Shown in pieces: positions 33,420 through 45,109 of a DNA stretch of 53,343 nucleotides. A model generated the notes under the pieces. It did not search any database. It was not told the DNA's origin and was given only the letters and a program-made list of their open reading frames with translations. Position numbers and translations under genes: made by a program. Origin of the DNA: Scyliorhinus canicula (lineage: Eukaryota); contig NC_052176.1 of NCBI RefSeq assembly GCF_902713615.1, forward strand, positions 3,410,001-3,463,343. The letters are read 5' to 3'. How positions within the stretch are numbered: the first letter of the stretch is position 1; every line of letters begins with the position of its first letter.

Positions 33420-36400
33420 GGTGGGGCGGGTCTGTCACTGTATAACACTGGGGTACAGTACTGGTGGGGACGGGTCTGTCACTGTATAACACTGGGATAC
33501 AATACTGGTGGGGACGGGTCTGTCACTATAACACTGGGGTACAGTACTGGTGGGGACGGGTCTGTCACTGTATAACACTGGGGTACAGTACTGGTGGGGA
33601 CGGGTCTGTCGCTATATAACACTGGGGTACAGTACTGGTGGGGACGGGTCTGTCACTGTATAACACTGGGGTACAGTACTGGTGTGGACGGGTCTGTCAC
33701 TGTATAACACTGGGGTACAGTACTGGTGTGGACGGGTCTGTCACTGTATAACACTGGGGTACAGTACTGGCGGGGACGGGTCTGTCACTGTATAACACTG
33801 GGGTACAGTACTGGTGGGGATGGGCCTGTCACTGTATAACAATGGGGTACAGTGCTGGTGGGGATGGGTCTGTCACTGTATAACACTGGGGTACAGTACT
33901 AGTGGGGATGGGTCTGTCACTGTATAACACTGGGGTACAGTACTGGTGGGGACGGGTCTGTCACTGTATAACACTGGGGTACAGTACTGGTGGGGAAGGG
34001 TCTGTCACTGTATAACACTGGGGTACAGTACTGGTGGGGATGGGTCTGTCACTGTATAACACTGGGGTACAGTACTGGTGGGGATGGGTCTGTCACTGTA
34101 TAACACTGGGGTACAGTACTGGTGGGGATGGGTCTGTCACTGTATAACACTGGGGTACAGTACTGGTGGGGACGGGTCTGTCACTGTATAACACTGGGGT
34201 ACAGTACTGGTGGGGACGGGTCTGTCGTTATATAACACTGGGGTACAGTACTGGTGGGGATGGGTCTGTCACTGTATAACACTGGGGTACAGTACTGGTG
34301 GGGATGGGTCTGTCACTGTATAACACTGGGGTACAGTACTGGTGGGGACGGGTCTGTCACTGTATAACACTGGGTACAGTACTGGTGGGGAAGCGTCTGT
34401 CACTGTATAACACTGGGGTACAGTACTGGTGGGGAAGGGTCTGTCACTGTATAACACTGGGGTACAGTACTGGTGGGGATGGGTCTGTCACTGTATAACA
34501 CTGGGGTACAGTACTGGTGGGGACGGGTCTGTGACTGTATAACACTGGGATACAGTACTGGTGGGGATGGGTCTGTCACTGTATAACACTGGGGTACAGT
34601 ACTGGTGGGGATGGGTCTGTCACTGTATAACACTGGGGTACAGTACTGGTGGGGACGGGCCTGTCACTGTATAACACTGGGGTACAGTACTGGTGGGGAT
34701 GGGTCTGTCACTGTATAACACTGGGGTACAGTACTGGCGGGGACGGGTCTGTCACTGTATAACACTGGGGTACAGTACTGGCGGGGACGGGTCTGTCACT
34801 GTATAACACTGGGGTACAGTACTGGTGGGGATGGGTCTGTCACTGTATAACACTGGGGTACAGTACTGGTGTGGACGGGTCTGTCACTGTATAACACTGG
34901 GGTACAGTACTGGCGGGGACGGGTCTGTCACTGTATAACACTGGGGTACAGTACTGGTGGGGAAGCGTCTGTCACTGTATAACACTGGGGTACAGTACTG
35001 GTGGGGATGGGTCTGTCACTGTATATCACTGGGGTACAGTACTGGTGGGGACGGGTCTGTCACTGTATAACACTGGGGTACAGTACTGGTGGGGACGGGT
35101 CTGTCACTGTATAACACTGGGGTACAGTACTGGTGGGGACGGGTCTGTCACTGTATAACACTGGGGTACAGTACTGGTGGGGACGGGTCTGTCACTGTAT
35201 AACCGTGGGGTACAGTACTGGTGGGGACGGGTCTGTCACTGTATAACACTGGGGTACAGTACTGGTGGGACGGGTCTGTCACTGTATAACACTGGGGTAC
35301 AGTACTGGTGGGGACGGGTCTGTCACTGTATAACACTGGGGTACAGTACTGGTGGGGACGGGTCTGTCGCTGTATAACACTGGGGTACAGTACTGGTGGG
35401 GATGGGTCTGTCACTGTATAACACTGGGGTACAGTACTGGTGGGGATGGGTCTGTCACTGTATAACACTGGGGTACAGTACTGGTGGGGACGGGTCTGTC
35501 ACTGTATAACACTGGGGTACAGTACTGGTGGGGACGGGTCTGTCACTGTATAACACTGGGGTACAGTACTGGTGGGGACGGGTCTGTCGTTATATAACAC
35601 TGGGGTACAGTACTGGTGGGGATGGGTCTGTCACTGTATAACACTGGGGTACAGTACTGGTGGGGATGGGTCTGTCACTGTATAACACTGGGGTACAGTA
35701 CTGGTGGGGACGGGTCTGTCACTGTATAACACTGGGGTACAGTACTGGTGGGGAAGCGTCTGTCACTGTATAACACTGGGGTACAGTACTGGTGGGGAAG
35801 GGTCTGTCACTGTATAACACTGGGGTACAGTACTGGTGGGGATGGGTCTGTCACTGTATAACACTGGGGTACAGTACTGGTGGGGACGGGTCTGTGACTG
35901 TATAACACTGGGATACAGTACTGGTGGGGATGGGTCTGTCACTGTATAACACTGGGGTACAGTACTGGTGGGGATGGGTCTGTCACTGTATAACACTGGG
36001 GTACAGTACTGGTGGGGACGGGCCTGTCACTGTATAACACTGGGGTACAGTACTGGTGGGGATGGGTCTGTCACTGTATAACACTGGGGTACAGTACTGG
36101 CGGGGACGGGTCTGTCACTGTATAACACTGGGGTACAGTACTGGTGGGGACGGGTCTGTCACTGTATAACACTGGGGTACAGTACTGGTGGGGATGGGTC
36201 TGTCACTGTATAACACTGGGGTACAGTACTGGTGTGGACGGGTCTGTCACTGTATAACACTGGGGTACAGTACTGGCGGGGACGGGTCTGTCACTGTATA
36301 ACACTGGGGTACAGTACTGGTGGGGAAGCGTCTGTCACTGTATAACACTGGGGTACAGTACTGGTGGGGATGGATCTGTCACTGTATATCACTGGGGTAC

Positions 36401-39400
36401 AGTACTGGTGGGGACGGGTCTGTCACTGTATAACACTGGGGTACAGTACTGGTGGGGACGGGTCTGTCACTGTATAACACTGGGGTACAGTACTGGTGGG
36501 GACGGGTCTGTCACTGTATAACACTGGGGTACAGTACTGGTGGGGACGGGTCTGTCACTGTATAACCGTGGGGTACAGTACTGGTGGGGACGGGTCTGTC
36601 ACTGTATAACACTGGGGTACAGTACTGGTGGGGACGGGTCTGTCACTGTATAACACTGGGGTACAGTACTGGTGGGGACGGGTCTGTCACTGTATAACAC
36701 TGGGGTACAGTACTGGTGGGGACGGGTCTGTCGCTGTATATCACTGGGGTACAGTACTGGTGGGGATGGGTCTGTCACTGTATAACACTGGGGTACAGTA
36801 CTGGTGGGGAAGGGTCTGTTACTGTGTAACACTGGGGTACAGTACTGGTGGGGACAGGTCTGTCACTGTATAACACTGGGGTACAGTACTGGTGGGGACG
36901 GGTCTGTCACTGTATAACACTGGGGTACAGCACTGGTGGGGACGGGTCTGTCGCTGTATAACACTGGGGTACAGTACTGGTGGGGACGGGTCTGTCACTG
37001 TATAACACTGGGGCACAGTACTGGTGGGGACGGGTCTGTCACTGTATAACACTGGGGTACAGTACTGGTGGGGACGGGCCTGTCACTGTATAACACTGGG
37101 GTACAGTACTGGTGGGGATGGGTCTGTCACTGTATAACACTGGGGTACAGTACTGGTGGGGACGGGTCTGTCACTGTATAACACTGGGGTACAGTACTGG
37201 TGGGGACGGGTCTGTCACTGTATAACACTGGGGTACAGTACTGGTGGGACGGGTCTGTCACTGTATAACACTGGGGTACAGTACTGGTGGGGACGGGTCT
37301 GTCACTGTATAACACTGGGGTACAGTACTGTTGGGGACAGGTCTGTCACTGTATAACAGTGGGGTACAGTACTGGTGGGACGGGTCTGTCACTGTATAAC
37401 ACTGGGGTACAGTACTGGTGGGACGGGTCTGTCACTGTATAACACTGGGGTACAGTACTGGTGGGGATGGGTCTGTCACTGTATAACACTGGGGTACAGT
37501 ACTGGTGGGACGGGTCTGTCACTGTATAACACTGGGGTACAGTACTGGTGGGGACGGGTCTGTCACTGTATAACACTGGGGTACAGTACTGGTGGGGACG
37601 GGTCTGTCACTGTATAACACTGGGGTACAGTACTGGTGGGGATGGGTCTGTCACTGTATATCACTGGGGTACAGTACTGGTGGGGACGGGTCTGTCACTG
37701 TATAACACTGGGGTACAGTACTGGTGGGGACGGGTCTGTCACTGTATAACACTGGGGTACAGTACTGGTGGGGACGGGTCTGTCACTGTATAACACTGGG
37801 GTACAGTACTGGTGGGGACGGGTCTGTCACTGTATAACCGTGGGGTACAGTACTGGTGGGGACGGGTCTGTCACTGTATAACACTGGGGTACAGTACTGG
37901 TGGGGACGGGTCTGTCACTGTATAACACTGGGGTACAGTACTGGTGGGGACGGGTCTGTCACTGTATAACACTGGGGTACAGTACTGGTGGGGACGGGTC
38001 TGTCGCTGTATATCACTGGGGTACAGTACTGGTGGGGATGGGTCTGTCACTGTATAACACTGGGGTACAGTACTGGTGGGGAAGGGTCTGTACTGTGTAA
38101 CACTGGGGTACAGTACTGGTGGGGACAGGTCTGTCACTGTATAACACTGGGGTACAGTACTGGTGGGGACGGGTCTGTCACTGTATAACACTGGGGTACA
38201 GCACTGGTGGGGACGGGTCTGTCGCTGTATAACACTGGGGTACAGTACTGGTGGGGACGGGTCTGTCACTGTATAACACTGGGGCACAGTACTGGTGGGG
38301 ACGGGTCTGTCACTGTATAACACTGGGGTACAGTACTGGTGGGGACGGGCCTGTCACTGTATAACACTGGGGTACAGTACTGGTGGGGATGGGTCTGTCA
38401 CTGTATAACACTGGGGTACAGTACTGGTGGGGACGGGTCTGTCACTGTATAACACTGGGGTACAGTACTGGTGGGGACGGGTCTGTCACTGTATAACACT
38501 GGGGTACAGTACTGGTGGGAACGGGTCTGTCACTGTATAACACTGGGGTACAGTACTGGTGGGGACGGGTCTGTCACTGTATAACACTGGGGTACAGTAC
38601 TGTTGGGGACAGGTCTGTCACTGTATAACACTGGGGTACAGTACTGGTGGGGACGGGTCTGTCACTGTATAACACTGGGGTACAGTACTGGTGGGACGGG
38701 TCTGTCACTGTATAACACTGGGGTACAGTACTGGTGGGACGGGTCTGTCACTGTATAACACTGGGGTACAGTACTGGTGGGGATGGGTCTGTCACTGTAT
38801 AACACTGGGGTACAGTACTGGTGGGACGGGTCTGTCACTGTATAACACTGGGGTACAGTACTGGTGGGGACGGGTCTGTCACTGTATAACACTGGGGTAC
38901 AGTACTGGTGGGGACGGGTCTGTCACTGTATAACACTGGGGTACAGTACTGGTGGGGATGGGTCTGTCACTGTATAACACTGGGGTACAGTACTGGTGGG
39001 GACGGGTCTGTCACTGTATAACACTGGGGTACAGTACTGGTGGGACGGGTCTGTCACTGTATAACACTGGGGTGCAGTACTGGTGGGGACGGGTCTGTCA
39101 CTGTATAACACTGGGGTACAGTACTGGTGGGGACGGGTCTGTCACTGTATAACACTGGGGTACAGTACTGGTGGGGACGGGTCTGTCACTGTATAACACT
39201 GGGGTACAGTACTGGTGGGGACAGGTCTGTCACTGTATAACACTGGGGTACAGTACTGGTGGGGACGGGTCTGTCACTGTATAACACTGGGGTACAGTAC
39301 TGGTGGGGACAGGTCTGTCACTGTATAACACTGGGGTACAGTACTGGTGGGGCCAGGTCTGTCACTGTATAACACTGGGGTACAGTACTGGTGGGGACAG

Positions 39401-40319
39401 GTCTGTCACTGTATAACACTGGGGTACAGTACTGGTGGGGACGGGTCTGTCACTGTATAACACTGGGGTACAGTACTGGTGGGGACGGGTCTGTCACTGT
39501 ATAACACTGGGGTACAGTACTGGTGGGGACGGGGTCTGTCACTGTATAACACTGGGGTACAGTACTGGTGGGGATGGGCCTGGCACTGTATAACACTGGG
39601 GTACAGTACTGGTGGGGATGGGTCTGTCACTGTATAACACTGGGGTACAGTACTGGTGGGGACGGGTCTGTCACTGTATAACACTGGGGTACAGTACTGG
39701 TGGGGACGGGTCTGTCACTGTATAACCGTGGGGTACAGTACTGGTGGGGATGGGTCTGTCACTGTATAACACTGGGGTACAGTACTGGTGGGGATGGATC
39801 TGTCACTGTATAACACTGGGGTACAGTACTGGTGGGGATGGGTCTGTCACTGTATAACACTGGGGTACAGTACTGGTGGGGACGGGACTGTCACTGTATA
39901 ACACTGGGGTACAGTACTGGTGGGGATGGGTCTCGCTGTATAACACTGGGGTACAGTACTGGTGGGGACGGGACTGTCGCTGTATAACACTGGGGTACAG
40001 TACTGGTGGGGATGGGTCTGTCACTGTATAACACTGGGGTACAGTACTGGTGGGGACGGGTCTGTCACTGTATAACACTGGGGTACAGTACTGGTGGGGA
40101 CAGGTCTGTCACTGTATAACACTGGGGTACAGTACTGGTGGGGATGGGTCTGTCACTGTATAACACTGGGGTACAGTACTGGTGGGGATGGGTCTGTCAC
40201 TGTATAACACTGGGGTACAGTACTGGTGGGGACGGGTCTGTCACTGTGTAACACTGGGGTACAGTACTGGTGGGGACGGGTCTGTCACTGTATAACATTG
40301 GGGTACAGTACTGGTGGGG
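33420..40319. repeat. 44-bp minisatellite (GGGTCTGTCACTGTATAACACTGGGGTACAGTACTGGTGGGGAC), ~157 copies over 6.9 kb
   Basis: Directly visible and highly homogeneous; lies in an SRR intron. Confidence 0.98.
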
Positions 40320-40352
40320 TCAGCTCTGACCAGTATTATTCTGCTCTCCCAC

Positions 40353-40482
40353 CTTGCATTTGAGCAGCCTGTGCGAGTGCCTGTCCGTGATTGCCACTGC
40401 TGTGTGTTACCACAGCACGGACTTCCTCGCCATTGTTCTTCCTTTCGTTCAGTGTGGACACAGCGTTGAGGGCTCCGCGAAT
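40353..40482 (-). CDS. SRR: Serine racemase, second coding exon (130 bp, phase 0/1; not in the ORF track)
   Basis: TTGCAG|ATT ... CAAG|GTGGGA; encodes IRGALNAVSTLNERKNNGEEVRAVVTHSSGNHGQALAQAAQMQ(G), containing the THSSGNHG motif. Confidence 0.95.
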
Positions 40483-40594
40483 CTGCAAGGAATAGAAAAC
40501 TCATCAATTCATCTGGGAAAATAAAACTATTTGAGCCTTTTTAAAAAACGTTTTCATGCTCGTGTTCATAGCTCTCCATCGTCACCTCACCACC

Positions 40595-41280
40595 CCCCTA
40601 TCTCCATAACCTCCTCCTGCTGCTCCAACCCTCCCTATCTCTGTAACCTCCTCCAGCCCCTACACCCCTCCCTATCTCTGTAACCTCCTCCAGCCCCTAC
40701 AGCCCTCCCTATCTTTGTAATCTCCTCCAGCCCCTACAACCCTCCCTATCTCTGTAACCTCCTCCAGTCCCTACAACCCTCCCTATCTCTGTAATCTCCT
40801 CCAGCCCCTACAACCCTCCCTATCTCTGTAACCTCCTCCAGTCCCTACAACCCTCCCAATCTCTGTGACCTCCTCCAGCCCCTACAACCCCCCTATCACT
40901 GTAACCACCTCCAGCCCCTACAACCCTCCCTATCTCTGTAACCTCCTCCTGCTGCTCCAACCCTCCCTATCTCTGTAACCTCCTCCAGCCTCTACACCCC
41001 TCCCTATCTCTGTAACCTCCTCCAGCCGCCTACACCCCGCCCTATTTCTGTAACCTCCTCCAGCCCCTACACTCCTCCCTATCTCTGTAACCTCCTCCAG
41101 CCCCTACAACCCTCCCTATCTCTGTAAACTCCTCCAGCCCCCACAACCCTCCCTATCTCTGTAATCTCCTCCAGCCCCTACACCCCTCCCTATCTCTGTA
41201 ACCTGCTCCAGCCCCTACAACCCTCCCTATCTCTGTAACCTCCTCCAGCCCCTACAACCCTCCCTATCACTGTAACCTCA
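40595..41280. repeat. 37-bp minisatellite (CTCTGTAACCTCCTCCAGCCCCTACAACCCTCCCTAT), apparently within an L2-like LINE fragment
   Basis: Unit translates PPYLCNLLQP; flanks CTCGTGTTCATAGCTCTCCAT and TCTCTGTACTCCTCCAATTCC. Confidence 0.9.
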
Positions 41281-41369
41281 ACCTCATTACCATCAAATTC
41301 TCTGTACTCCTCCAATTCCAGTCTCACAAACAACCCTGGTTCCCATCTGTCAGCCGATGGTTGAGGTGC

Positions 41370-41960
41370 ACAGTGGGAGTGAACGGGAAGGGGTTTGGGT
41401 CCATTGGGATTGTGGGGGAGTGAACGGGAAGGGATTTTGGTCCATTGGGATTGTGGACAGTGGGAGTGAACGGGTAGGGGTTTGGTTCCATTGGGATTGT
41501 GGACAGTGGGAGTGAACGGGAAGGGGTTTGGGTCCATTGGGATTGTGGACAGTGGGAGTGAACGGGAAGGGGTTTGGGTCCATTGGGATTGTGGGGGAGT
41601 GAACGGGAAGGGTTTGGGTCCATTGGGATTGTGGACAGTGGGAGTGAACGGGAAGGGTTTGGGTCCATTGGGATTGTGGATAGTGGGTGTGAACGGGAAG
41701 GGGTTTGGGTCCATTGGGATTGTGGACGGTGGGAGTAAACGGGAAGGGGTTTGGGTCCATTGGGATTGTGGACAGTGGGAGTGAACGGGAAGGGGTTTGG
41801 TTCCATTGGGATTGTGGACAGTGGGAGTGAACGGGAAAGGGTTTGGGTCCATTGGGATTGTGGACAGTGGGTGTGAACGGGAAGGGGTTTGGGTCCATTG
41901 GGATTGTGGACAGTGGGTGTGAACGAGAAGGGGTTTGGGTCCATCGGGATCATGGACAGT
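41370..41960. repeat. 46-bp G-rich minisatellite (GTGGGAGTGAACGGGAAGGGGTTTGGGTCCATTGGGATTGTGGACA), ~13 copies
   Basis: Directly visible; five G3+ runs per unit. Confidence 0.95.
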
Positions 41961-42095
41961 GAGACTGAACGCCTCGTTTGTGTTTTAAGCCCCACATCCA
42001 ATCCGGTTTCTAAAGCCGCTGCCCTTCTCCCAACCCAGCCACGTACCCAAGCCGGTTAGGTCGGCAGGCAGTCCAATGTCCCGCCGGTGCCCTAC

Positions 42096-42263
42096 CTTAA
42101 ACGATCCTGTTTTCTGGAAAAGTTCGCACTTGAGGAAGAGCTTGCGCCCCGCCCGCTTGTCCAGGGTGGAGTTGGTGAGGACTGGGGTCCTGTGAATGAG
42201 GCCAGCGATGGCCGCTTGGGCCTTCTGGACACTGGCCAGGGAGACGCAGTACTGAACGGGCAT
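42096..42263 (-). CDS. SRR: Serine racemase, first coding exon (168 bp)
   Basis: TTTTTGTAG|CTGCC-ATG, so an untranslated exon lies upstream; donor AAG|GTAGGG. Encodes MPVQYCVSLASVQKAQAAIAGLIHRTPVLTNSTLDKRAGRKLFLKCELFQKTGSFK, ending at the PLP lysine K56 as in human SRR. Confidence 0.96.
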
Positions 42264-42699
42264 GGCAGCTACAAAAACGGGCACAGGGTGCCTGAGCAGG
42301 AACTTGCGTAAAAGAGCAGTTGGTGCAGGTCCAGGCAGAGTGCCACAGGAAGGATGCGATTGCAGTGTTGAGCGCTCACAGGGGAGATTGACAAGTATCG
42401 GCAGGAACTTCCGTTGGGAGGGAAGAACCGATAGGCGAAAGGTGGAAGGTTTCTTAGGAACTGAGGTGTGGGGGTTGGAGGGGGGGGAAGATTTAATTGG
42501 TGTCTAAAATGATGAGAGCCCCAGTTTGAGCGGATACGAAGCTCGAGTTCCAGGCGCAGCGCAGTCAGAGCAGGGGGGGCACAGAATTAAAGAAATGACA
42601 GGACCATTTGAGGGGTGATCACTCTCAATTTCGCAAACCAACTCCTGGTTCCGGCCACGAGCTGCCTGCAGATGAAGAGCTGGAGAGTGGGGAGAGGCA

Positions 42700-44232
42700 G
42701 GGCTGCTCTGTGCTGGCTCAGAGGGGCTGAATGGCCGCCTCCTGGGTGGGGAATGGTTCTGACAAGGATCTGGGGGAAGAGACTGGGTTGTTCTGTGCTG
42801 GCTCAGAGGGGCTGAATGGCCTCCTCCTGGGTGAAGATGGTTCTTACAGGGATCTGGGGGAGAGGCGGGGCTGCTCTGTGCTGGCTCCGATGGGCTGAAT
42901 GGCCTCCTCCTGGGTGGGGAGAGGCTGGTCTGTGCTGGCTCAGAGGGGCTGAATGGCCTCCGAGGGAGAGATTGGGCTGGTCTATGCTGGCTCAGAGGGG
43001 CTGAATGGCCTCCTGCTGGATCAGGAGTGGCTGGGCTGGTCTGTGGTGGTTCAGAGGGGCTGAATGGCCGCCTGCTGAGTGATGAGGCTGGTCTGTGCTG
43101 GCTCAGAGGGGCTGAATGGCCTCCTGTTGGTTGGGGAGAGGCTAGTCTGTGCTGGCTCAGAGGATCTGAATGGCCTCCTGCTGGGTGGGGGAGGGGCTGT
43201 GCTGGCTCAGAGGGGCTGAATGGCCTCCTGCTGGGTGGGGGAGAGGGGCTGTGCTGGCTCAGAGGGGCTGAATGGCCTCCTGCTGGGTGGGGGAGAGGGG
43301 CTGTGCTGGCTCAGAGGGGCTGAATGGCCTCCTGCTGGGTGGGGGAGAGGGGCTGTGCTGGCTCAAAGGGGCTGAATGGCCTCCTGCTGGGTGGGGGAGA
43401 GGGGCTGTGCTGGCTCAGAGGGGCTGAATGGCCTCTTGCTGGGTGGGGGAGAGGGGCTGTGCTGGCTCAGAGGGGCTGAATGGCCTCCTGCTGGGTGGGG
43501 GAGAGGGGCTGTGTTGGCTCAGAGGGGCTGAATGGCCTCCTGCTGGGTGGGGGAGAGGGGCTGTGCTGGCTCAGAGGGGCTGAATGGCCTCCTGCTGGGT
43601 GGGGGAGAGGGGCTGTGCTGGCTCAGAGGGGGCTGAATGGCCTGCTGCTGGGTGGGGGAGGGGCTGTGCTGGCTCAGAGGGGCTGAATGGCCTCCTGCTG
43701 GGTGGGGGAGAGGGGCTGTGTTGGCTCAGAGGGGCTGAATGGCCTCCTGCTGGGTGGGGGAGAGGGGCTGTGTTGGCTCAAAGGGGCTGAATGGCCTCCT
43801 GCTGGGTGGGGGAGAGGGGCTGTGCTGGCTCAGAGGGGCTGAATGGCCTCCTGCTGGGTGGGGGAGAGGGGCTGTGCTGGCTCAGAGGGGCTGAATGGAC
43901 ACCTGCTGGGTGGGAGAGAGGCTGTGCTGGCTCAGAGGGGCTGAATGGACACCTGCTGGGTGGGAGAGAGGCTGTGCTGGCTCAAAGGGGCTGAATGGCC
44001 TCCTGCTGGGTGGGGGAGAGGGGCTGTGTTGGCTCAAAGGGGCTGAATGGCCTCCTGCTGGGTGGGGGAGAGGGGCTGTGCTGGCTCAAAGGGGCTGAAT
44101 GGCCTCCTGCTGGGTGGGGGAGAGGGGCTGTGCTGGCTCAGAGGGGCTGAATGGCCTCCTGCTGGGTGGGGGAGAGGGGCTGTGCTGGCTCAGAGGGGCT
44201 GAATGGACACCTGCTGGGTGGGGGAGAGGCTG
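42700..44232. repeat. 52-bp minisatellite (GCTGTGCTGGCTCAGAGGGGCTGAATGGCCTCCTGCTGGGTGGGGGAGAGGG); degenerate 42700-43170, homogeneous after that
   Basis: Directly visible; similar ORFs recur at 104-bp spacing. Confidence 0.94.
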
Positions 44233-44289
44233 CGTGATGATTGTGGGCTCAGATGAGGCAGGCAGAGACAGGAGATGTCCACAGGCGAT

Positions 44290-45085
44290 GCCCTCCCTTG
44301 CCGAATACCCGGCCCGCCGGCGCCTCCTCCCGGCTCCCCAGAACAGGCTTCAGCTACTCTGCTAGGCCCAGCGTCGCCCTGGCAACCGTATGGCGGGAAT
44401 GGCGGCCCGGCACCCGCATGCTAACCCCGCCCACTTCCCGGGTTCCGGCCCCACCTCCTTCCCTCCTCTGGCCCCGCCCCTGACCTCTGTCCGCACACGC
44501 AGCGCTCTGACCACGCCCCGCGTTCTAGCTCCGCCCCGCGTTCCGACCCCGCCCCCTCCGCTTTGACGGATCCCGCGCTCTGACCCGGCCCCCTCTGCTC
44601 TAAAGCGCCCGCGCTCTGACTGGTCCCGCGCTCTGACCCCGCCCCCTCCGCTCTGATGTGCCCCTCGCTCTGACCCCGCCCCCTCCGCTCTGATGTGCCC
44701 CTCGCTCTGACCCCGCCCCCTCCGCTCTGGCTCCGCCCCGCGCTCTGACCCGGCCCCCTCTGCTCTAAAGCGCCCGCGCTCTGACCCCGCCCCCTGCGCT
44801 CTGACTGGTCCCGCGCTCTGACCCCGCCCCCTCCGCTCCGATGTGCCCCTCGCTCTGACCCCGCCCCCTCCGCTCTGGCTCCGCCCCGCGCTCTTACACC
44901 GCCCCCTCCGCTCTGACGGGCCCCGCGCTCTGACCACGCCCCGCGCTCAGGCTCCGCCCCCTCCGCTCTGACGGACCCTGCGCACTGACCCCGCCCCCTT
45001 CAGGCCCCGCCCCCGCTCAAGTGCTTGTGCTGCTCACGACTGGCTGAGCTGCGTCACTTCCGGCAGCGGCGGCAACAGCAGCAGC
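44290..45085. promoter_or_regulatory. CpG-island, probably bidirectional, promoter for ZNRD2 (+) and SRR (-), with a GC-box tandem repeat at ~44500-45015
   Basis: CpG-rich; more than 15 CCCGCCCC/CCGCCCC boxes; GCGTCACTTCCGG (ETS core plus CRE/AP1-like half site) at 45051-45063, just before the ZNRD2 ATG; lies between divergent genes. Confidence 0.75.
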
Positions 45086-45101
45086 ATGGCCGTAAACAGC
45101 G
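45086..45101 (+). CDS. ZNRD2: ZNRD2 (SSSCA1) coding exon 1
   Basis: GCAGCATGG Kozak context; ATG GCC GTA AAC AGC G|GTAAGA encodes MAVNS (human MALNG); phase 1 fits the next exon. Confidence 0.8.
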
Positions 45102-45109
45102 GTAAGAGC

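Noticed and set aside
42264-42284. Upstream GTG start giving the MPVFVAA extension of SRR in the ORF track
   Set aside because: The segment is the polypyrimidine tract and acceptor (TTTTTGTAG); the ATG at 42263 aligns with the human start and places the PLP lysine at position 56.
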